Below, piece by piece: positions 7,382 to 15,168 of a stretch of 64,000 nt of DNA. A model generated the notes under the pieces. The model did no database searches and was not told where the DNA came from. It was given only the letters and a program-made list of their open reading frames with translations. The stretch spans positions 494 through 64,493 of the forward strand of contig CAYFNK010000004.1 in assembly GCA_964344555.1 (NCBI GenBank), given 5' to 3'. Every line of letters starts with the position of its first letter. Position 1 is the stretch's first letter. The translations under genes and the position numbers were made by a program. This stretch comes from Candidatus Woesearchaeota archaeon. GTDB lineage: Archaea; Nanobdellota; Nanobdellia; SCGC-AAA011-G17; PNOQ01.

Positions 7382-10300
7382 ATGGATTTCAAAAAAAGAG
7401 GTTTGTTTATTTTTGTAATTTTGTCTGTTTTATTTATTTCTAGTTGTGAAGATTTACAACTTTCTCCTGAAGAAGCAGAAAAACTTGAAAAGGCTTTAAG
7501 AAGTGAAAGGACTATTTGTACTGAAGAAGTTCTAGAATATTGTAGTGATTGTGGAGAATTTAGCAATCTTGTTGAAATAACTTGTTGGGAAGAAGACGTA
7601 GGTTGTTCTTCTCACTCTGAATGTGGTCAAGGAGAATATTGTCATAGTACGGGAGAATGTGTAACTTATAGCGATAATTATTGTATCAACAATGATTGTT
7701 TCTTGGGAGATGGCGACTGTGATCCTAATCAGTGTAATACTGGAGTATGTAGTCAAACTTTAGATAATTGTAATTTTGGTAATGGTATAACTAATGATGC
7801 CGATTGTTGTGTAAGTTGTTTGCCAACTGGTAATGAGTGTAATAGTGATTCAGAGTGTTGTAATAATAATTGTAATAATAATGGATTTTGTGCTGTAGGC
7901 GGAGGGGGAGGAGGAGAGCCAGACATTCCTGTTTCAGAACTTTTACATTCTCCAAGGGTTAGAGATGGACCTAGAGATACAGTTGTTATAGAAAAAGAAT
8001 TGTTCCAAAAGTTGGAGAGAAATTATAGAGATCTTGGTCTTTTAACTCCAGTTGATAGGAGAAGAGTTAGAACTACAACAGAATGTAGATATAATCCTTT
8101 ATGTAGAGATAGTTGTAGTGATGGTTTGGCAGGAGGAAGAAGTAATCTTATAGATGGCGATTCTCCTGAGTGCCAGAGTAGAGTTGAGAGACAGATCAGT
8201 ATTTGTAAACATATCTTTAATAGTGAAGGACATCCATTATATTCTGGTGCCCAAGGTTATGGTAGATGTTCTGGAGAGCAAGGACATACTGGAAATATTC
8301 AAAACCCCCAAGTTGTAGATGATGAAGGTTACGGATATCAAACTCTTTATTATGTTGAAGTAACTAGTTATTATGATAGTACATGTAGTAATTTTTTGAA
8401 TTCTAATGCACCTTGTGGTAGTCAAACTTGTTATTTAGCTAAAGATTCCTATATTTATAATTTAACTTATGATGGGAGCGCAGGTTTTAATAATGTTATA
8501 GGGGATTGTAATAATATTGTTTACAAAGGAGATCTTTATTGTCAAGGTTTTGCTGATGGATTAAACTATGTAGAGTGTGATCCTGCAGTTGATGATGATT
8601 GTGTTGCAGGAGACTATACTCCTTATTATGGTGCTGATTCTATCTCAGGATATTGGACTCCTGCTGATCCTTTAGATGGGTGGACTTTTGAGGAAGTTGA
8701 AACTTATTATAATACCGTTTTCCCAGTTCTTAATGAGAATGGGGAAGATGTAGGAAGTCATTATGATTGTGGGTTAGGTCCTCTTTCTTGTAATTATTCT
8801 ATTCCTGAGTCTCAAACAGTAACTTGTGAACTTGGAGATATATTGGGAGGAGAGCCTATATACTGGTTGAATTCTACTTTAGATGGATCTACTCCTGGAT
8901 GTAGTTATGGGAATCGTACTAGGGAATGTGCATCTGATTTCTTGTATCATGATACTTGGAGCGAGTGTACAGGTAATGCCCCTTTAAGTGAATATTGTAA
9001 TGATGGAATAGATAACGATTGTGATGGTTATGCAGATGATCAAGATACTTCATTTAATAGTGATTATTATGAAAGTAATGATTTTACTGCTGATTGTGGG
9101 GCGTGTGTTAATGAAAGTATAGATGAACAATCTTGTGGCCCTGGTGTGAATTATGAAGGGGTTGGTCTTTGTAATTCTGGTGTTGAAACACGAACTTGTG
9201 GATATGATTGGGGAAATGATTTGTGGGTTTATGGAGAGTGGGAAGGATGTAATGCAACTTTTCCAGTATCTGAATCTGGTGAAAGATGTAATGACGGAGA
9301 TGATAATGATTGTGATGGTGAGGTTGATTCTTATGATAGTGATTGTGGAATTTGTTTAGATGGAGAAGAAGAAAGTGGTACTTGTGGTGAGACTGATGAG
9401 GGATTATGTGAGTATGGTACTCATAAAAGGTCTTGCGAATTTTTTTCTGATATAGGCAATTGGAGTTGGGGAGAATGGTATAATCCAGATACAGGTGTTG
9501 TTGATGATTTTAATACTGCAGATGTAGATGAGAGCTGTGGAGGAGATTATGTTGCTCCAGAGCCAGAAGCTGCAGATCCAGGATATAATGCTCCTTGTAA
9601 TGATGAAGATGATAATGACTGTGATGGTCTTGCTGATTCGACAGACGATGAATGTCAAAATCCTTTACTTACATGTACAGAAGGTGCACAGGAAAGCCAA
9701 TATTGTGAATATCCAGAAGGGCTTGGAGAGTGTTCTACTGGAGGTCAATTCACTGCAAACTGTATTTTTGATTTAAGTGAAGGTTGGTGGGAATATGAAG
9801 AATGGACCTTTGATGGAGATTCAGATGGTTCAGAGTGTTCTGGGGCTACATGGTCGGAAGAAGAGATATGTTTTAACGGATTAGATGATGATTGTGATGG
9901 CGATACTGATGAGGGATGTTCTTCTGAAGATTTTGTTTCTTATTATGTTAAAAATCATTATTTCATAAGCGGTGCTCCTCCTTTGACAAATAATGTTAGA
10001 AATGGTATAGAGAATTCCCTGGAAGTAGGTGGAGATGGAGCTGCTCAAATTGTTTATTGGGACGAAGTTTCAGAATCTGGTCAACATTTGGCTCATGCTA
10101 AGTATGTTGGAGTGGGTGGAAATTGTGGATATGAAGGTTCTCCAAGTAATCCTCAAGTTGTAAATAATCTTTATTGTGAATTTATAGATGTTGGAGATGG
10201 TGGAGCAGTTCTTATTGAACAAGAAAATGATTTAGTTTTAGATGATAATAATAATGCGCATGTAGTTTATATGAAAACTGATTGGAATAACCATCCTTTC

Positions 10301-11206
10301 TTTAGCTTAAATTATGCTGAATATGTTGGAACTGGAGGAAATTGTGGATATGATTCTAATTTATCCAATTTAGCGCATACTCCTACAGAAAGTATTAATC
10401 AGAAATGGAATTGTAATTCTTTGGTTGAGGGAGATATGATGTATAGTCCTAATTTAATGATTGTAAGTGGTACTCCTTATTTTACTTACCTTATTGGAAC
10501 TAATTTAGAAGTTGGTAACTTTGTTTCAGAAAGTTATAGTTCTCTTGGCTCTTATGATTTAGGTCACGATACTTCTTTTGGCAATTTGGCTAGCCATTAT
10601 GAAGGAGAAATTTTATACAACTTAATTTTAACTAACAATTTCAAAATAATTTATGTTGAATATGATATTTCTTCAGGAACGTTTACTAGTATAACTGTAA
10701 GTGAACAAATAAATCCTGCCGGAGTTATAGGTTTAACTGAAATAGATTTGAATGTAGATTCAAGTGGTACTGTCCATATAGTTTATCCTTCTGATTATTC
10801 TGAAGAGATAGAGGGAGAAACATTAGAAAAAATGAAGTTAGTGCATAAGATTAAATCTGGATCTTCTTTTGTAGATTATTCTCCTACATCTAGTGTGTTT
10901 GATATGGATTCAGGTTTTGATGCTCAGATTGAATTTACTTTGGATAATCTTCCAGTTATAGCTTATGAAACTGGGTTGTATAATCCAATAGACCCTGATG
11001 CACCGGTTTATTCAAGACTACAATCTGATGAAATAAATTGGGAACATAGTTCAATAGAAGATAGTGGAGTTAAGTCAGGACATTATATTGAAATAGATTT
11101 GGATAGCCAGAATAAAATACATTCTGCCTTTGTAAGGGTGAGAAGCTCCCAAGATTCTGAGTATTTAGACTTCCTTACTTATTCAGTGATGATCCCTACG
11201 GCATAA
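7382..11206 (+). CDS. Giant secreted cysteine-rich lipoprotein (1274 aa): knottin-like N-terminal cassette, four CxDGxDNDCDG modules, repeat-rich C-terminal domain
   Basis: Signal plus lipobox FISSC. Cys-dense N-terminal module followed by a Gly6 linker. Motifs CNDGIDNDCDG, CNDGDDNDCDG, CNDEDDNDCDG and CFNGLDDDCDG. The C-terminal part repeats YVG(V/T)GGNCGY. Confidence 0.85.
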   Translation: MDFKKRGLFIFVILSVLFISSCEDLQLSPEEAEKLEKALRSERTICTEEVLEYCSDCGEFSNLVEITCWEEDVGCSSHSECGQGEYCHSTGECVTYSDNYCINNDCFLGDGDCDPNQCNTGVCSQTLDNCNFGNGITNDADCCVSCLPTGNECNSDSECCNNNCNNNGFCAVGGGGGGEPDIPVSELLHSPRVRDGPRDTVVIEKELFQKLERNYRDLGLLTPVDRRRVRTTTECRYNPLCRDSCSDGLAGGRSNLIDGDSPECQSRVERQISICKHIFNSEGHPLYSGAQGYGRCSGEQGHTGNIQNPQVVDDEGYGYQTLYYVEVTSYYDSTCSNFLNSNAPCGSQTCYLAKDSYIYNLTYDGSAGFNNVIGDCNNIVYKGDLYCQGFADGLNYVECDPAVDDDCVAGDYTPYYGADSISGYWTPADPLDGWTFEEVETYYNTVFPVLNENGEDVGSHYDCGLGPLSCNYSIPESQTVTCELGDILGGEPIYWLNSTLDGSTPGCSYGNRTRECASDFLYHDTWSECTGNAPLSEYCNDGIDNDCDGYADDQDTSFNSDYYESNDFTADCGACVNESIDEQSCGPGVNYEGVGLCNSGVETRTCGYDWGNDLWVYGEWEGCNATFPVSESGERCNDGDDNDCDGEVDSYDSDCGICLDGEEESGTCGETDEGLCEYGTHKRSCEFFSDIGNWSWGEWYNPDTGVVDDFNTADVDESCGGDYVAPEPEAADPGYNAPCNDEDDNDCDGLADSTDDECQNPLLTCTEGAQESQYCEYPEGLGECSTGGQFTANCIFDLSEGWWEYEEWTFDGDSDGSECSGATWSEEEICFNGLDDDCDGDTDEGCSSEDFVSYYVKNHYFISGAPPLTNNVRNGIENSLEVGGDGAAQIVYWDEVSESGQHLAHAKYVGVGGNCGYEGSPSNPQVVNNLYCEFIDVGDGGAVLIEQENDLVLDDNNNAHVVYMKTDWNNHPFFSLNYAEYVGTGGNCGYDSNLSNLAHTPTESINQKWNCNSLVEGDMMYSPNLMIVSGTPYFTYLIGTNLEVGNFVSESYSSLGSYDLGHDTSFGNLASHYEGEILYNLILTNNFKIIYVEYDISSGTFTSITVSEQINPAGVIGLTEIDLNVDSSGTVHIVYPSDYSEEIEGETLEKMKLVHKIKSGSSFVDYSPTSSVFDMDSGFDAQIEFTLDNLPVIAYETGLYNPIDPDAPVYSRLQSDEINWEHSSIEDSGVKSGHYIEIDLDSQNKIHSAFVRVRSSQDSEYLDFLTYSVMIPTA
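7601..7953. repeat. Copy 1 of a 353-bp near-identical cassette (partner at 11427..11779)
   Basis: Manual alignment gives 3 mismatches in 353 nt (7650 g/t, 7676 a/g, 7690 c/t, approximate positions). Flanks diverge abruptly on both sides. Confidence 0.9.
8996..9901 (+). repeat. Four roughly 91-103-aa intragenic modules, each ending in C-x-[DN]-[GE]-x-D-[DN]-D-C-D-G
   Basis: Motif starts at 8996, 9287, 9596 and 9869. It resembles the Myxococcus-type Cys-rich repeat / MopE-like putative metal-binding motif (from memory, not searched). Confidence 0.7.
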
Positions 11207-11219
11207 TTTAGTAATTTTC

Positions 11220-13055
11220 ATGGTTAATAATAAAAGTTTAAAGTTTTTAGTATTGTTTTTATTAGTTATTTTTATTTCTTCTTGTGTTCAAGAAGATAGC
11301 CCTAGAGCACCAATAAATGTAGATAATCGTCAATGGATTGATGATGGTTGTCGTTATGGTGATTGGGAAGACCCTGAAGATTATTGTAAGCCTGGGGAGA
11401 TGTTTCAGATTTTGGTAGAGGATGAAGGTTGTTCTTCTCACTCTGAATGTGGTCAAGGAGAATATTGTCATAGTACTGGAGAATGTGTAACTTATAGCGA
11501 TGATTATTGTATCAATAATGATTGTTTCTTGGGAGATGGCGACTGTGATCCTAATCAGTGTAATACTGGAGTATGTAGTCAAACTTTAGATAATTGTAAT
11601 TTTGGTAATGGTATAACTAATGATGCCGATTGTTGTGTAAGTTGTTTGCCAACTGGTAATGAGTGTAATAGTGATTCAGAGTGTTGTAATAATAATTGTA
11701 ATAATAATGGATTTTGTGCTGTAGGCGGAGGGGGAGGAGGAGAGCCAGACATTCCTGTTTCAGAACTTTTACATTCTCCTGGTGTTGGAAGAAATACAAA
11801 AAACGATATGAATAATAGAGATTTTAATTGGTTTTTGAAAAAAATTAGATTACGAGAAAAAGAAAGTATTTTTAGTTATAGGGAAGACAATATGCAGTGT
11901 ATTCCGCATCCTGCTTGTTCAACTTGTGTAGATTTGCATGCCAATAATTATGATGAAAATATTGATTTATTGTCTTATGGTTGCGATTATTATGCAGATG
12001 AAAGAGATTTGTCCATTAGAACAGATTCATTTTGTAAACGAACATTCCACTTCTCTACAGGTCCATTTTTCCTTTCTGAAGGAAATGGAGCATGCGAAAG
12101 CGAGCAACATCCTGGAGAAGGATGTTCTGCAGTAGGAGAAGGATATGCAGTAAGTAATGTGGCATATACAAGACAATTTGATGGATCGGATTGGATTTCT
12201 AATGAAAATCTTTGTATAAGTGAAGGTGATAATTGTTGCATACTTCCTGGAACAGATGCTTATAATCCATTTGGCATACTTAGTCTTGATGATGCTTCTG
12301 ATCCAAATGCTTATTTGGAAGGATGGGCCTGTTGCGAATTGAATGAGGATTTATCAAATGATCCAAATTGGGGAAGTAATAGCCTAAGTTTCTTTAGATA
12401 CTGCGGAGATAATTTGTGTCAAGGATGGTTAGATTCTCAGAATCCTTCTCAAGTGTGTAGGGGACCAAATAATGATTTCCCAAGTAGTTATCCTGGTAGT
12501 GTTGATTGTATTCCTGATCCTGATTGGGAGAATGAGTATAGGGAAACATATGAGTCTTGTGTTTATAATACAAATGAACAAGAATTTAGAGATTGTGCTG
12601 ATTGTGTGTGGGTTGATGAAAATGGAGATCATAACTATGACTGTGATCCGGTGACAGAAACTATATATTTTGATTGTAGAACCGATACTTCTTGTGATTC
12701 GGGAGAGCAAGAGATATCTGGATTTTATTTAAGTAATCCGACTAATGGTCACGTGAGTACTAGTTATTCTAGTGATTATGACTGGAGAATATGTTGTAAT
12801 CCTGAACAGTTTACTGTTTCTACAGAAAGTGAAACTCAATTTTTGAGTTTGTCCTCAAATGATAATGCTCATGTTGCGCAGCCTGATACTTCTGGATATA
12901 CAAATTATGGAATAAGCGATCTTAGTAGTTGTAATATTGTAAGTGGAGGTTGTTCCGAAGAACAATTTTGTGTTTTGTCTATGAGTTCATTGAATAATGC
13001 ACACGCTGCATCATGCAATCAAGAAAATTATCCTTACAAGGTATGCTGTAGTTAG
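11220..13055 (+). CDS. Secreted cysteine-rich lipoprotein (611 aa) sharing the N-terminal cassette with the upstream gene and carrying a different C-terminus
   Basis: Signal plus lipobox FISSC. Residues about 70-187 are nearly identical to the 7382 gene product. The C-terminal part is divergent, with three N-[AG]-H...CC repeats. Confidence 0.85.
   Translation: MVNNKSLKFLVLFLLVIFISSCVQEDSPRAPINVDNRQWIDDGCRYGDWEDPEDYCKPGEMFQILVEDEGCSSHSECGQGEYCHSTGECVTYSDDYCINNDCFLGDGDCDPNQCNTGVCSQTLDNCNFGNGITNDADCCVSCLPTGNECNSDSECCNNNCNNNGFCAVGGGGGGEPDIPVSELLHSPGVGRNTKNDMNNRDFNWFLKKIRLREKESIFSYREDNMQCIPHPACSTCVDLHANNYDENIDLLSYGCDYYADERDLSIRTDSFCKRTFHFSTGPFFLSEGNGACESEQHPGEGCSAVGEGYAVSNVAYTRQFDGSDWISNENLCISEGDNCCILPGTDAYNPFGILSLDDASDPNAYLEGWACCELNEDLSNDPNWGSNSLSFFRYCGDNLCQGWLDSQNPSQVCRGPNNDFPSSYPGSVDCIPDPDWENEYRETYESCVYNTNEQEFRDCADCVWVDENGDHNYDCDPVTETIYFDCRTDTSCDSGEQEISGFYLSNPTNGHVSTSYSSDYDWRICCNPEQFTVSTESETQFLSLSSNDNAHVAQPDTSGYTNYGISDLSSCNIVSGGCSEEQFCVLSMSSLNNAHAASCNQENYPYKVCCS
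11427..11779. repeat. Copy 2 of the 353-bp near-identical cassette
   Basis: See copy 1. Same reading frame and same position relative to the lipobox in both genes. Confidence 0.9.
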
Positions 13056-13082
13056 AAAACTATTTAAATAAAATAAAATAAA

Positions 13083-14231
13083 ATGAAGTATATGAAAAAA
13101 AGAGGTATATCTCCATTAATAGCAACTATTCTTTTAGTAGGATTAGTTATAGTTATTGCTTTAATTGTTTTTAACTGGATTACTTTTCTTGCACAGTATA
13201 AATTAGATGAAACTGGAGAGACTATTGATATTTATTCTTCTAGCTTAGACTTTGATTTTGAATGTACAAATGATGTTGATAATGGAAAGTTTAAGGTTTT
13301 GTTCCATAATGAATATGACGGACCAATAACATCTTTTGTTATTGTTTTTGATGATGGAAGTATACGGGAAGTGGGAAAAGATGAGGTTTATCTAAATTCT
13401 TTTGAATCTAAACTTGAAATATATGGGGGAGATGATTATTTGAGTACCAATAATTTAAGAGTTATTCCTCAAATCCAAATCGGTGATGAGTTGAAGACTT
13501 TGAATTATAAAGAAGTAACCAAAAGTTGCGAAGGGGAAATTATTGATGAAGGAGATAACGGAGAAAGTCATACTACCCCAATTACTAGTTGTGAAGTTAT
13601 TGATTTTCCTGGAAACTATGAAATAACAGTTGATCTTGAGATAGAAAATCAGAAAGATTGCATTGTAATAGACTCTGATGATGTTACACTTACTTGTTCT
13701 GAAGGACGTAATATAAGTGCTGAAACATTGGGGGGACAATCTCAAGAGTTTAGGGCATCTGGTATAAAAGTAGAAAATTCAGATAATGTTATATTGGATT
13801 TAGGAGATTGTATAATTTCGAATTTTTATTATGGTCTTTGGATTGTTGATTCCGAAGGAACCCAAATTAATGAAGGAGTAATTGGAAATACTGCTCAACA
13901 TGGACTAATTATTGGAAATTATGAATTTGGACCTGATAGAGGCAGCCCTAATACTATCATTAACGGATTATCTAGAACAGAAACTATGAATCTTCAATCT
14001 GGCTTAAATATTATAAGTGTAGAAATTGGATCTCTTAATACTGAAGTAAACGATTTAGATCTTTGTGGATTTGTTTTGTATTGCTCTCAAGTTGAAGGAG
14101 CAGAAGGAACTCTGAGTGTATCAGGTTCAAATAATACTCTTGCATATGTTGAAGAGAATTCAGATTATGAAGACTGTGAGGATGTCAATTTAACTGAAGA
14201 ATGTTCGCTTGGAGGGTGTTTGACATGCTAA
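13083..14231 (+). CDS. Pilin-like N-terminus fused to a beta-helix-like, Cys-containing extracellular domain
   Basis: MKYMKKRGISPLIATILLVGLVIVIALIVF is a class III signal; the RGISPLIATILLVG stretch is identical to that of the 6853 gene. The C-terminal region has repeated G-x-x-I/V-x-N-S patterns (IKVENSDNVILDLGDCIISN, GLWIVDSEGTQINEGVIGN, HGLIIGN) typical of right-handed beta-helix proteins. Confidence 0.7.
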   Translation: MKYMKKRGISPLIATILLVGLVIVIALIVFNWITFLAQYKLDETGETIDIYSSSLDFDFECTNDVDNGKFKVLFHNEYDGPITSFVIVFDDGSIREVGKDEVYLNSFESKLEIYGGDDYLSTNNLRVIPQIQIGDELKTLNYKEVTKSCEGEIIDEGDNGESHTTPITSCEVIDFPGNYEITVDLEIENQKDCIVIDSDDVTLTCSEGRNISAETLGGQSQEFRASGIKVENSDNVILDLGDCIISNFYYGLWIVDSEGTQINEGVIGNTAQHGLIIGNYEFGPDRGSPNTIINGLSRTETMNLQSGLNIISVEIGSLNTEVNDLDLCGFVLYCSQVEGAEGTLSVSGSNNTLAYVEENSDYEDCEDVNLTEECSLGGCLTC

Positions 14232-14262
14232 CTTATTTAAATAATTCTTTATCCTTTTAATT

Positions 14263-15168
14263 ATGAAAAATATTCCTGAGTTTAAAGAAAAATTTATTGA
14301 AAGATATTCTAAACTAACAAACTTCAAAAAATTTAAAGAATATTCTCTAAAAAAACAAGATAAATCTATTCGTGTAAACACATTAAAAATAAAATCCTTA
14401 AAATTAAAAGATTTCAAATTAAAACAAATTCCTTGGCATAAAGATGGTTTTTTCATCTCTGGAAAGAGAACAGACTTAGGAAACTTACCAGAACATGGCC
14501 TAGGTTATTTTTATATCCAAGAAGCTTCATCAATGATTCCACCTTTAGTTTTAAACCCAAAAGAAAATGATTTTGTTTTAGATATGGCTGCAGCACCTGG
14601 TTCAAAAACAACCCAAATGGCAGCAATGATGAGAAATAAAGGCTTAATATTAGCTAATGATGTAGATCACAAAAGAATAATATCTCTAAACTCAAACTTA
14701 CAAAGATGTGGAGTTACAAATACAGTTACTACAATTCTAGAAGGAAGATTTTTCAAGAATTATCAATTTGATAAAATATTATTAGATGCTCCTTGTTCTG
14801 GAACGGGAACATTAAGAAAGTCACCAAATACAATTCAGGATTGGAGTCAAAATATTATTAATAGATTGTGCGGAATACAGAGACAATTAATAAGAACTGC
14901 TTTTGAAAATTTAAAAGAAGGAGGAACTCTAGTTTATTCCACTTGTACCTTAGAACCTCAAGAAGATGAGGGTATAGTTTCTTATTTATTAGATCAATAC
15001 GATAATGCTAAATTAGAAAAAATAAATATAAAGAATATAAAATCAAGTAGTCCTGTTCTAGAGTTTGAAGGAAATAAATATAGCAAAGAAGTAAAAAATT
15101 GCTTAAGAATTTGGCCACAGGATAATGATACTGATGGTTTTTTTGTTGCTAAAATAAAAAAAATCTAA
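14263..15168 (+). CDS. NOL1/NOP2/Sun-family RNA cytosine-C5 methyltransferase
   Basis: YIQEASS, DMAAAPGSKTT, DAPCSGTGTLRKSP and LVYSTCTLEPQEDE, including both catalytic Cys motifs. Confidence 0.9.
   Translation: MKNIPEFKEKFIERYSKLTNFKKFKEYSLKKQDKSIRVNTLKIKSLKLKDFKLKQIPWHKDGFFISGKRTDLGNLPEHGLGYFYIQEASSMIPPLVLNPKENDFVLDMAAAPGSKTTQMAAMMRNKGLILANDVDHKRIISLNSNLQRCGVTNTVTTILEGRFFKNYQFDKILLDAPCSGTGTLRKSPNTIQDWSQNIINRLCGIQRQLIRTAFENLKEGGTLVYSTCTLEPQEDEGIVSYLLDQYDNAKLEKINIKNIKSSSPVLEFEGNKYSKEVKNCLRIWPQDNDTDGFFVAKIKKI

Noticed and set aside
7899-7917. G-rich run GGCGGAGGGGGAGGAGGAG (also at 11725..11743) as a possible G-quadruplex or regulatory element.
   Set aside because: It is in frame and encodes the Gly6 linker (VGGGGGGE) of both lipoproteins. 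The coding explanation is sufficient.
7363-13745. Many 60-106-aa ORFs antisense to or out of frame within the Cys-rich and pilin-fusion genes (e.g. 7532..7756 -, 8237..8425 -, 9153..9359 +, 9404..9658 -, 9528..9776 +, 11262..11582 -, 11617..11799 -, 11938..12135 +, 11990..12241 -, 12429..12710 -, 13455..13745 -).
   Set aside because: They are shadow ORFs of long, clearly coding genes. Their compositions are low-complexity Ile/Thr/Ser-rich, with no motifs. The pair 7532..7756 and 11262..11582 is similar only because both lie on the 353-bp repeat.
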